From: Blepharisma stoltei ATCC 30299
Lineage: Eukaryota > Protista > Ciliophora
Length of the DNA stretch: 64,000 nt
Assembly: GCA_965603825.1 (NCBI GenBank)
Contig: CBFDEM010000032.1
Coordinates: 310,001 to 374,000, forward strand
Reading direction: 5' to 3'
Part shown: piece by piece, positions 31,355 to 42,807 of the stretch
Layout: each line of letters starts with the position of its first letter
Position numbering within the stretch: the stretch's first letter is position 1
The notes under the pieces: generated by a model
Told to the model about the DNA's origin: nothing
Seen by the model: the letters and a program-made list of their open reading frames with translations, nothing else
Databases searched by the model: none
Made by a program: the position numbers and the translations under genes

Positions 31355-33051
31355 TTAAATTCTTCTAAGTGGGTCAGGAATTGAAGGCTTTGTAGGCTCT
31401 TTTATATCATCTTTTAGTTGCTTAAGAAGTTCTAACAAATACTTCATGGAAGAATCACTATAAGTTTCACTAATTGGAAATTACTTGTTAATTTGCTCTT
31501 GGACGATATCGATTGCTGAATTTATTTTTTCACTCGATGACATAGCTTTTGTAAGGGGGGCTGTTTGAATAATAGGCTTCGATTTCTGAGGAATTGGGTC
31601 TGAATGAATCGGTGAGCTTCCTGACTGCTGCCTTTTCGCGGCCAATGGGTCTGGAACCGAGAACTCTGGGGCTTTTTGGACAAGCGAAGGAGAAGCATCC
31701 CTTGCAATGGTTTTTGGAGCCTCTTCAGTTGGACTTTTAGCTTTAGGCTCAGGCGCTCTTATCATAGCTCTTGGAGGCTCAGGACTTCTTATAAGTCCTA
31801 CAGGAGCGTTTCTTTTGCCTCCTTCAATTCTTTCTTTGTAAGATAGCCCCATATTAACAAGGACATGCACATCTTCAACAGGCGGAAACTTTAAAAGTCT
31901 TCTCAAAATTCCTGAGTAGTCACTTTGCAGTACTAAATAAAATTTACGAAAAGTTCTAACGAAAACAATCATAGCTACACATATATGATCCATCAATAAA
32001 ATATCCTTATTATTCTCAATCGGCTGTACCAAAGATGCAAACAAAGAATCCCATACAACCAAAGTATCCGCCATATTAAACTCTCTTGTAAACATGCATC
32101 TCACCCATCTTTGTAGATACATTTGCGGCTCGATTTTCTGGCTTTCCATATGCTGATATAGCTCTCTATCAATAGACTGCAGCAGCCTATGATGGATTTT
32201 GTGGCACCTTTTTAGGACACTTGAAATATTTTCTTCATGACTTTTGTCGGTGTTGACCAAATCATTTCTTTCTTTTTCAGCGTCCCAGGAAAAAAGGTCA
32301 TTTTTCTTGTTTGCTTTATTTTTGTGTGTAACCACAGGGTTAAACAGCTCTTTTATCCCTAAGTCCATGACTCTACTAAACATCCAAAACGAATCGGCTT
32401 CAATATATCGAGGGTCATTAAGAATGGATAAATACCTTGCTGCTTGTGGGCTGATTTCAGATGTTTCAGGAGCTCTTTCAGCATACGCCACAAAAAGGAT
32501 GATGCCTAATATTTCGTTCATCCCTTGCTTGTAAGAAATATCAGAATTTTGCTTTGACCAGGTGAATAAAATGCTAGTTAACAATTGCTTAATTTCAGGC
32601 AACTGGAAAAGCAGCCTTTCTTGAAAAGTCCTGTCTACGTCTTGTCGAATTATGCCTTTTAATTCATTATCAACATGAAAATTATTCCAAGGATTCTAAC
32701 TGCTTGAAAAATTACCTCAGTTGCCGAAGACAAAGGGTTGAAAATTAAAGGATCGAGATTGTTGGTCTTTACTGACTATGTAAAGCTTACGCATTGGGAT
32801 TCTTGGAGTTTTCTATAGTCCTCTCTGAGCTTGGTACAAATTTCGACTCACTCGTCGAGGGATTTATTTTCAGGTAGAAGGCCTAAGAATATTCTTCATG
32901 AAACAAAGCGATTATGCAAAGGCAGCAGATGACCGCTTAATGCTAATTGTCGGAGCTGGGAATAGTTCTCTCTCCTATAAAAAGTTGATTCAAAATATTG
33001 AGGGTTCAACAATAAATCAGGAGGAACCAACTCTTCACCCATGTTCGACAT
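31355..33051 (-). CDS. TBC-domain Rab GAP (TBC1D5-like), 5 exons
   Basis: RFVS-W-RIFLGLLP (TGA=Trp), NPLS...PWNNF...IRQDVDRTFQE (Arg finger), YKQGMNE (Gln finger), RWVRCMFTREF; introns 32776-32790, 32696-32715, 31933-31947, 31470-31484. Confidence 0.9.
31470..31484 (-). other. 15-nt intron (TBC gene)
   Basis: gtaatttccAattag; removes a TAA and extends the frame to TAA at 31355. Confidence 0.82.
31933..31947 (-). other. 15-nt in-frame, stop-free intron (TBC gene)
   Basis: gtaaattttAtttag; splicing gives VRTFLLQSDYSG, retention adds 5 residues. Confidence 0.7.
32696..32715 (-). other. 20-nt intron (TBC gene)
   Basis: gtaatttttcaagcAgttag; the only GT-AG choice from this donor that restores NPLSSATE|NPW. 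Confidence 0.75.
32776..32790 (-). other. 15-nt intron (TBC gene)
   Basis: gtaagctttAcatag; contains an in-frame TAG. Confidence 0.85.
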
Positions 33052-33083
33052 TTTAATTAAAAACTTATTATTAGTTTCAATAA

Positions 33084-35825
33084 TTATATAGGGATATCTC
33101 CAGAAGGCTTTATAAAAGCCATTGCACTTGAAAAACTTTTTTTTAATGGCGATCTTCTAAGCGCTTTCTTCAAATTTGTAATGGAATCTTTATGAGTATT
33201 CCTTAATGTTTCTTTTATTAAAGTTTTTATTTCTTCGTAAGAAGATTCTGGAAGCGGTTTATTTAATGGATTGATGGTTTCTTGCAATTCCATATATCGG
33301 TCTGCCCAGGAACCTAATAATGTATTAAGCCTGATTACTTCTGATTGTTTTCTTAATAACTCAGATTCACAATTTTCTTTAAGCTCTACAAAGAACTTTC
33401 TCCATCGCTCGCGCTCTTCTCTCTGAGCCTTGAAAATGTCCTTTTCGAATTCATTAAGCATTTTCTGGTAGGTTTCTGACTGTTCAGTCAAAATTTCATT
33501 TGTTTTTTTAAGCTCAAGGTTATAAAGCCTTTGGAGCTCAAGGCTTGTTTCTATACTATTATATTTTATTTGGAAACTGAAGCTGTCATTTTTGTCACAG
33601 AATAAGTCATCTCTTGATTTTGTAGTTTCTGATTCACAAGACTCAGTGAATTTTGGAGTCGAAATAGCAGTAAATCTTCTTTTTTGAGTAGTGTTAATGG
33701 GCGTAAAGCTCCGAAGCATTTGCGATTTAGGAACAAAAATAGGATCTCGGCTTGCTAGCTTTGGTTTCTCTGGGTTCACTTGCTCATAGAGTTTCAGCAT
33801 ATGCTTATGGGAATCGTGCAAAATATCAATCATTTTTTCCAGTCCATCTATTTGCTCTTTTTGATGCTTTATCATTATTTTTTTAAGGCTGTATTTATCA
33901 GCTAGTAGTCTGAATTTTCAGTCTAATCCGTGGATTCCTCGGACCAAATTTGAGTTAATCACACTTGCATGAAAAAGCTGATTTTTCAAGTGAAAAATTG
34001 AAATATTTCTATTCAACTCACCATTAAATTCTATAGCTCTTTTAATCTCATCAGTGTACACATCTGAGGCGCTTCTCCAGCCGTCAAAATTTATTGAAAA
34101 TGTGCTTGATATTAATTCAATATTTTCAGTTCGACAGATTTCTAGCTCACTTGCTTCATAATCTGCCATCACTGGTGTATTGCATTGCATCACACTTTTC
34201 TCAGACAATTCATCAAATTCCACTTGTGTAACGAGCCTAGGATTTGCCAATTTTTCATTTACTTCTTTAAATTTTCTATTAACCTCATCCAAGGCTTTTG
34301 TAAATTTACTGACCTGCAGTGCTAATCTTTCATTTTCCTCTTGAATTAGCTTCAATCCATTATTTTCTTTGCTGCTTCCTAACATTAATTTATGATATTT
34401 TTCATAAAACTCATGAGCTTTTTGCTCATTTTGCAGCTGTTTTGTTTTTGCTGAAGCTAATTTTCCTTCTAATTCTGTTATTTTTTCTCTTAATTCGTTG
34501 TTTTCTCTCTTAAGGAATTTATTTTTCTTTTTGTATTTTTCTAGTTTCCTGTCATATTTCTCTCCATCTCTAACGATTTCTGGAGATAATGATAGAGGAA
34601 ATGAAGAATCCAGCTGCCTATCAGCTTCTAGCTGGAAAGATCCAGTTAAATATTCAGGCTCAAACGCTATAAATGGAGATTTTTTTATATCAAGCTGAGA
34701 ATCCTCGTATAGGGATAGTCTAGAATTGTCAACGGAGTTTTTGGGGGTTACAGTTTCTGAAAGGATTATTGTTTTAGAATGGGAAAGGCCACGCAAAATA
34801 GGATCTTTTAGAAGAGGAGATAGCGAAGTGATGCTTTGAGAATCACCTGTGTAGTTTCCACCTAGAGATTCTTGTAACAGTCTTGTCAGTTTAGAATCAC
34901 GGTATGGTATATGATCGGAATAAGAAATCAAAGCATGAATAACATTTCCAAGCGCGGAGAGTGATAAATTAATTTTTTTAGCTTCCTCAAGCTTATTTCC
35001 TGTCACTCCAGAATTATTAACTTTTTCGCTTCCAGCCAAGTCGACCAAATTTAATTTTCCTTTCTTTTCACTATCGTTCGGTAATTTCTGATTGACTTCT
35101 AAAGTAAATAATAAATGCGACCTTGATGATGTTTTATTTAGCTTTGTTGATGCAACAGTTCTTAGTTGCTGTCCTAATGCCAACACCTCAAGCATATCGT
35201 TTTCATTAGTTACACAAACTTCGCTGAGGCCCTGAACATGAATTCCTTTTCTAGGACATTGCTTTATTTTAAGTTTTACAGGGTCATCTACTAATAAATC
35301 TCTAAGAGTTTCTTTATATATTTCAAGCATCGAACATTTTAAGGTATATTCAATTTCTCCATAATCTGAATGAGCAGCTTCAAAAATTTGCGCAGCAGCC
35401 CTGGGAATTATTCCTTTATGCTCTTCTTCAAAAATGTTTTTTCCCATCATAGTATGAGTTTTGCCACTTCCAGTTTGCCCGTATGCAAATATTGTGCCAT
35501 TATAGCCATTTAGTACATCTTCAATAACAGGTTTACCTACAGTTTCATATATATCTGACTGTTTCGCATCAGGATCAAAAATATGGTCAAGTGTAAAAGT
35601 CTCAAACCCAGGGCCAGCTGCCAAGGAGTTTTCTGATAAAAATGTTACTAAACTGTGATTATCACTGCAAGCTTGATTTTCTTCTCCCATTTCATAGTCA
35701 ATCAAAGGACGAAATCTTGCTATCACTTTTATATTATTATGCCTTGATGTCTTGGCTTTCAGATTAGAAGCAAAATCTGGGTCTGCTAACGTAGTTTTTG
35801 AACGAACCCCACTGCGTCGCTTCAT
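33084..35825 (-). CDS. Kinesin-1-like motor protein with coiled-coil tail; motor domain internally truncated
   Basis: IKVIARFRP, GQTGSGKT, SSRSH, LVDLAGSE, IPYRDSKLTRLLQESLGGN; TGA=Trp at 33918 joins ORF 33084-33875. Confidence 0.88.
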
Positions 35826-35864
35826 GATCTTAAAATTTATATATTTTAATTCTATGGATATTAA

Positions 35865-36746
35865 CTAAATTTTTGGTCTAGGGATTAATCTCAACTCATC
35901 TAAAATAATCATTGGGCGAGATATGCTATCGGTGAATGACGATGGATAGTCGTAAGGCCCTTCAAAATTTTGGATAGATTTTCATTTTGTTTTTAAGGCC
36001 TCTGGTGAAATATTACTTTTCAAAAATACCCCTTTTGCCCTCTCAATACGGAGTTTTGATATAAATCCCCCTCCAGCTTCATAGATTCCACCATTTTCTT
36101 TGCATAAATCATGTAAAAGCACCAATATAAGTGGGATTACATTTTCTGGTATCAACTTGGGACTTTCTTGGGATATCAGAGGGAGAATTGTGTTACATTT
36201 TATATTGAATTTCTCTCCTTCTCGGGCTGCAACTTGTGTAAGCCCATGCAAACCAATTTTTGAAGCAGAGAGACCAATTTTTTTATATTCTCCAAAAAAG
36301 CCAATATGACTAGAAACATTTACAATTCTTCCAAATTTTTGAGCTCGCATGTGATTCCATGCTGATTTTATCAGTTTAAAAGGGCTTGTAAGATTAAGTT
36401 TAATAAAATTTTCTCAGTCTGCGTCACTAGTTTCTGTGATTTCGTTTTCACTGCAATCCTCAATGTTATTGATAAGTAAATCAATTTTTCCATATGTGTC
36501 TAAAGCTTGCCTGATAATTCCCTCAGAATTTTCCAGAGGAATAAAGCTTGAAACAGCCTCTCCTTCAGCATTTTTGATTTGGTTGATTACGTCATCAAGC
36601 TCTCCAGCATGCTTTTGATCATTGAGAACAATTTGTGCTCCTCTTTTAGCTAGCTCTATTGCTAATTTTTTGCTTAGTTCTGATGATCCACCTGTTATAA
36701 CAGCAACTTTATTGTCAAATTTTAGCCCAGGATTTTTTTGACTCAT
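35865..36746 (-). CDS. Peroxisomal HSD17B4/MFE-2-type short-chain dehydrogenase-like protein, degenerate active site
   Basis: LKFDNKVAVITGG, GKIDLLINN, AWNHMRAQKFGRIVNVSS, EGEKFNIKCNTI, GGIYEAGGG; TGA=Trp at 36414 and 35982; ends PRPKI-TAG. Confidence 0.82.
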
Positions 36747-36840
36747 AATTAAAAAATGAGATATAAACAAAACATCATTGATTTTTCATGGTTTAGCATT
36801 GCTGATTTTACATTATTAAAATTACTCAAATTTTATTATT

Positions 36841-39822
36841 TTAAAGGTCATCAGTGGAACTAAAGATTAAATCATGGATTTTAGAGAAAGTCTTTGAATA
36901 TGGCTCAACAGACTGATCGCAGACTATATGAGGATAAGTTTTATTCCTGAGAAAATCATCTAAGTCAACTGGGAAAGGATCATCTAGCTGCACAGCAATC
37001 AATTGAACATCTTTATCAGCGATTTCATCAAGGTCTAATAAAACTGCAGACCCTCCTTTTTCGGATATCGACTTTACAAATAACACAATATATTTTTCAT
37101 TAGAATCATTCCCAAACATTCTATATCCTCTCATTATCACATCATATATATAATCTCTCTGCGTATCATACTGCGCTCTTACAAATAAGTGGTCAATATC
37201 CATTGAAGGAAAATCACGTTCAATTATGTCTAAGACTCTGTTCTCATGCATGCTCATCAGCATTGCTCCGATTTTTTGATTTTCTGGCTCGATTTCTTTG
37301 CCTATCCATTTAACGATTTCTTGGTTTATGGTTTTCAGTAAAGAAACATCGTAATAAAACACAAATAAAATCGATCTTTTCTTAATCTGCTGAGCTTTAT
37401 ATATCTGCTTCAGCTCTCTGCATTGGTTTAGCATGCCAAATTTATTGATTAGTCCATACATTTCACGAATCGCTGCTCTTCTGATTGCTGGGTCATATAC
37501 AGTCCCTTTTTCCTAAATATTTTTTACGATAGCTTGGGTGAAGGCATAGGCTGCTTCCGTGTATTTATCGTTTTCTTTCATAATTATAGCAGTTCTATAG
37601 AATAATTGTTGCCATAAGATGTCTTTTTCGTGAGACAGCCCTGAGACATTGAAGTGGATCATCTTTCCATCACCTTGGTCTTTAGTAAAAATTCCAATCC
37701 TTCTTAGTCTAATGGTGTCAATATCCGCTTCAGCACTAATTCCACTGTCAAGTCTTCAAAGAGTCTCATTAATCAGGTCAAGAAGTTCAGTTGCAGAGTG
37801 GTAATATTGCAGATTTTGGAAAACATAGGACATGTCGATAAGTAACTTCAAGACAATTTCATATCTTGTAGCAGTTGCTATATAATAATCAAGAGCTCTA
37901 GTCATCAACTCTAATAACTCTTTTCAATCTGCCCTTAATTCTACTACGGGAGCTGATTCCTCTTCTAGGTATGCCATTTTCGCCATGCAAAGCTGCATTA
38001 ACCTTTGCGTTATATCGCCTCTTAAAAACTCTTTTTCTGGCTCCCATCCTGAGTAGTTTTTTCCTATGTCCAGCTGCAACTTTGCCCTCTCTTCTGGTGT
38101 CAAACTTTTTTCGTCCTCTTCTTGTTTCTCTACTTTTTTCAGTAAATCTTCCATACTTTTCAATGACTTTGAGTAAGCATTAATAGCTTGCAAGTAATTT
38201 TTCTTCTGGAAATAATCATTTCCCAGCAGATTATTTGTGATTGCATAGCCACGTCTGTTTTCAGTCATTTTGAAAAACTTCCTAGCAGCTTTAAGGTTTT
38301 GAATGCGTATTTCAAGCCTAGGGTGTAGCAAAAACCGTGGATAAATGAATGCTTCTTGCACTTGAACCATCCTCAAGTATTTAAAAATCACATTGGTTTC
38401 TGCATTATAGTTTTTGGATATAGAATTCAATGATAAAGTACCTTTAAGGCAGGATTCCATCAGCTGCATAGGCTCAAGCAGCCTATGAGTGATAGAAAAA
38501 GCTAGCATAATCGCACATAAGATGGTTACAAGTAAGAAAATAAAGAAAATTATGAGCATAATGACAATGATTATCAATAAATCATGAGTCATATCATTAT
38601 AATCATTCAGCACAGCTGCCCTTGAGATGTAAACCCCGACAGCTAAATTTTTTTCATCAGAATCTCTACCAGTTGCTATATCTAGTGGTGCATATCCCAT
38701 TAGTTTATCACTGCTAGAGCTTGAAATTTCTTGACTTCCTGTTGAGTAGTTCTTCATTTCTGGAATTATATCGTCTTGGACTTTTTGAGCAAGCTCAGGA
38801 TCATCAGGAAATAGAGCATTCCACACGTCTTTTCCTTCGAAATCCTTATAGCTATTCTGGTCAATCGCTAGCACCCATAACCCCTCATAGTGGGTCAAAA
38901 AATATGTATAGTCGGAGTAAAGGTTCATATATGTGAAGAATGCGTCATTTGGAGAGTATTGCGCGATAGCTCCTATAGAATATTTTCTGAAAATATTTAA
39001 GTAGGTATACTCAAAATAAACCATTAAGTTTTTCACTACAGAGTCGCCTGCAGAAAGAAGCGCTGCATAAGTTTCAGTGCATCTGGGGTCCATAATTACA
39101 TTCTGTTTAGCACAAGTTTCAGTAAAATTATAAAGTTGGTTTACATAAGTCATGTTTTCTAACGGATACCGAAAGTCAATAGCATCCCTGTCAATTATGG
39201 TTCCAATCTGGTGGATATCATCAGTATTATTATATATAACTCTTGCTAGCATATCCACAAACATAGTAGAATAATAATAAGTCGCAGAGTTGTCTAGGGT
39301 CGTTGATGTGCTTGCAGCATATCACTCAGACTTCTTCAGCTGAGGGTAACCTGGCTAATTTTTACTCGTTTCAGTATCTGTACGTGCGTTGACATAGGAA
39401 GGGATCGTCATTTGGCTTGATAGCGTAATTGAGTTATTTTCAACGCTTGTCTTAACTTCGCTTAAAAATTCTAATTCTTGGGCAATCTAAATAAAATTCA
39501 CATTAGAAAGATAAGAACTGAGGGTCTGAGCTCTGGCTGAGGCCACTCGTTGAAGATGCTGAAGTTCTTGGTCAATTAAATATGTTTTTGCATCTTTTGT
39601 TCAATTGAGGTATTCGGAAAAAAGAAAAATAAGACAGATGATTACTGCGATTATTATCCCAGCCAAAAGAGGGCCAATTGTGACAATTTGAAGCTTTCGA
39701 CCAACTTTGGGAGGGGTAACATCTTCTTCAGGGGGCGCCTGAGCACAAATGTCAGTGAAAAGACGGAAGGTTGGAACATCCTTTGTTGTAGGGAGGTTAT
39801 CTTTTGAAGTATCAGCAGACAT
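36841..39822 (-). CDS. Two-TM receptor-like protein: extracellular Cache-like domain, HAMP-like linker, TPR-like helices, C-terminal vWA-like domain; 4 exons
   Basis: One frame via TGA=Trp (39601, ~39322, 37924, ~37756) and introns 39487-39501, 39351-39365, 37513-37527. TM1 LLAGIIIAVIICLIFLF; YTYFLTHYEGLWVLA and LMGYAPL...LAVGVYIS; TM2; TPR NNLLGNDYFQKKNYLQAINAYSKSL; vWA-like ILFVFYYDVSL...KYIVLF. Confidence 0.65.
37513..37527 (-). other. 15-nt intron (Cache/vWA gene)
   Basis: gtaaaaaatAtttag; contains an in-frame TAG. Confidence 0.87.
39351..39365 (-). other. 15-nt intron (Cache/vWA gene)
   Basis: gtaaaaattAgccag; removes an in-frame TAG. Confidence 0.82.
39487..39501 (-). other. 15-nt intron (Cache/vWA gene)
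   Basis: gtgaattttAtttag; contains an in-frame TAG. Confidence 0.85.
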
Positions 39823-40106
39823 TTATTAGAGCAATGCAGTTATTTTAAGAAACGAAACTAATAAAATTATAATTTATATTAGCGCATCACATAAATGGTG
39901 TTTTTTCAAGAAAGGTGAGTCAAATCTTATATTAACTAAAGGCTGAATACTTTACTGCTGATTCTATATTGATATATATTTAAAGTTATGAATCATTTTA
40001 TTAGTATATTAATCTGCAAATCTCTTTAAAATTAAGAGTTTTATAAATTGATAAAAGCAATATTGAATATTTTTGTTTTGTTTAAGACTAAAAATTGATA
40101 TATAAA

Positions 40107-41255
40107 ATGTCAAGACTTGTATCCCTATTCCAAAAATTCAATTTTATAGGAAGCTCAGTCAATGAGCCGGACGATGACAGAGATTCTATACCTGTTTACA
40201 CTATTAAAGAATGTAAAAGTTAAATAGCTTTGCCTCAAGGCACGCATCTTATTTCTGATAGAATTTTAATAATTCCATTCCCAGACCTCCATCAGCGAGC
40301 TTCAATTTCTGCTTATTTGAACACCTTTCATGGAAAGAAATACATGATATGAAATATAAGTGACAAAATTTATGACACGAGCCATTTTGGTGGCCAAGTT
40401 CTTGATTTTGTGTTCCCAGGCTTTCCAAATCCTCCTTTACAAGTGATTTTTTCAATAATCAACTCCATGAACGCATGACTAAATACAGATGAAGAAAATA
40501 TCATCATAATTCATGGACAAAACAATAAATCCAGAAGTATCATGCTCGCTGCTTGCTTGCTCTCATGAAAGCATGAAAATATTTCTCCAATTCAAGGAAT
40601 TTCAGAAATCTGTCATAAAATAAACGAAAACGAAAAAATTATATCCCCTTCACAGGTAAGATATTTATCTTATTATCATCGAATTCTATTGGGAGAAAGA
40701 GTAATTTTAATATAGCCAGTCACATCAAAGCTGCATTTACATAGGATTATTTTGAATAATATTCCATCAATTGAAGCAGGTGGTATAAAACCTATCATAA
40801 AAATATTTCAAAATAAAGGCTTAGCATATTCAAGCGACTCTGATAATTTGCAATTTTTCCCATCTGAAAACCTTTTCATTTCTTTTGATTTAGATGTAGA
40901 AATAGAAGGAGACGTACTAATTGTTTGTAAGCATTTAACTGAAGCTAATAAATTGCTCACAACCTTCAAAGTGATGCTCCATACTGCTTTTGCAAACCAA
41001 AACGTGCTGCATATCATTAGAAATGAAATCGATTTGGCTTGTAATGACGAAAAATATAGTGATTATTTCGCAATGGATTTATTTTTTGATAGAATTGAAG
41101 AAGTTGGGGTAGAAAAAAGCAACCATCTTTGGGTTAGCGTAGAAAGGTCTAGAGGAATTATAAGGGAAGATGCGGTAGAAGATAAAGGTGAGATGGATTT
41201 TATGAATAAGTTCAGTATTGGGGATATTGATGAAGATAGCTATGAAACTTTATAG
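40107..41255 (+). CDS. PTEN/tensin-type phosphatase plus C2 domain protein, catalytically dead; 3 exons
   Basis: ISDRILIIPFP, HGKKYMI-W-NIS, PNPPL...MNA-W-LNTDEENIIIIHGQNNKSR, PSQVRYLSY, C2 domain IEGDVLIVCKH...FKVMLHTAF; introns 40213-40227 and 40701-40715. Confidence 0.85.
40213..40227 (+). other. 15-nt intron (PTEN-like gene)
   Basis: gtaaaagttAaatag; removes an in-frame TAA. Confidence 0.85.
40701..40715 (+). other. 15-nt intron (PTEN-like gene)
   Basis: gtaattttaAtatag; contains an in-frame TAG. Confidence 0.87.
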
Positions 41256-41376
41256 AATAGCAAATGGGAAAAATAATTAATTCGGTTAAAGTGGCCAGCA
41301 AAAAATTATTTAATGCCAGTTAATTATAGGATATTTACATCTAGGCTATTTACATCTTGATGTACCGTAGAGGAAA

Positions 41377-41994
41377 CTAGTTGAAATATATATTTAGTGC
41401 TTGAAGTAGCTTTTCAGTCTTTTTTTCTTCATCAATTTCTGCCTCTTCAAATCAATTTTGAAGATTCGTATTTTTCTTTTGATCGTTGCTTACGATTTTG
41501 GTAATTCAATTCAACTTTTGGATTTTCACTGATTTTTGATTTCCTTCGCCTGAATCTTTATTATTTTTTGAATCTGAAGGCTGTTGCTCTTTTTCCCATG
41601 TAGGGATGGCTGTTTTGCTTGGTGAAGCGGGAAGGCTTCATTTAGCTAGATTTGCTTGAATGCTCCTGATCTGATAAATCTTTTTCGAGCTTGAATTGGC
41701 TTTTTTCATCAAATCAAGTTCTAGATTATCATCCCTTAAATTAAACGATTTCAACCTCCTAACTTTGTTGCCATTTTCATTGTTGGCAGGATTAGGGCTT
41801 GCCGGGGGTATCTCTGCTCAATTGAAGTGGTGTGACTTCGTTTTCCTGATTTTTATTGTAACAGGGCTTTTATCGAGTTGCAGATCTAAGCTTGTGCCTG
41901 AGTTAAGGTTACGATGGAATGGGATCTTTCTATTTACAGCTTTTATTTGTGGGTACTTATGATTGCTATCCTGAACCTGGAGATTTTTTTGCAT
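41377..41994 (-). CDS. Hypothetical protein (205 aa), missed by the ORF track
   Basis: ATG 41994 to TAG 41377, open with four TGA=Trp (MQKNLQVQDSNHKYPQ...EKKTEKLLQALNIYFN); coding-like composition between AT-rich flanks; no family recognised. Confidence 0.65.
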
Positions 41995-42807
41995 GATGTA
42001 TTAATATGTGGTTATAATAGCTATATTTTACTATATGGAAATAATTATGTCTAAACTTTAATTGTTGAAAGCCCTATTAAATAGTTGCTTACAAGATTAG
42101 ATTCTTCCAGAAAAGCTACTCATAAATGTAGGCCCTGAAACATGCTCTCATATTTTAGAGCTTTTGAAATTTTTGTAAACTAGTTTACTGCTAAAGGAAG
42201 CTTTTTGTTGAATCGGATTTTCAGCCTTAAGTTGTATAATATAAAACTTATTTAATTAAAGTTTTTCTCTGGACAAAAGATTATAATAAAACAGCTTATG
42301 GTATAGCTAATCAAATTTTTGCGAACGGTTATAAGAAATGTCTTTAATATTTTATAATTTAGCTATATTCTTGAATTTGGATTCATCCTAATTCATTTTC
42401 TCCGTGAATTCCTTTAGCAGCGACTTTTCTTAAAAAGGCTATCTCTATCTACATGTCAATTTGGCAAATTTGATTCCTTAGGACAATTTTAAAATTGAAG
42501 CAAAGTGATTTACAAAAAATAATTGTTAGCTCAAGAAGCATTTTAAAATGCTTATCCTTTAATACCTGAATTATTATATCCTTATTTTCAATGAGAATTA
42601 AATTGTTCATGCTCTTTAAGGACTTGGCAATGAGATTATAAGTTAATCAGCATTGATGAGACTGCATTCCGTTTAAGAATTAAACAAATAGCTGATATTT
42701 GAAATCTAAATAGCCTTAATTGAAGTATTTTCAGATTAGATCCTTGCTAAAAGTTCTGATATTGCACCTAATTTTTTTTCAATTAGAGAAAAAAGCCTAA
42801 AGACAAG

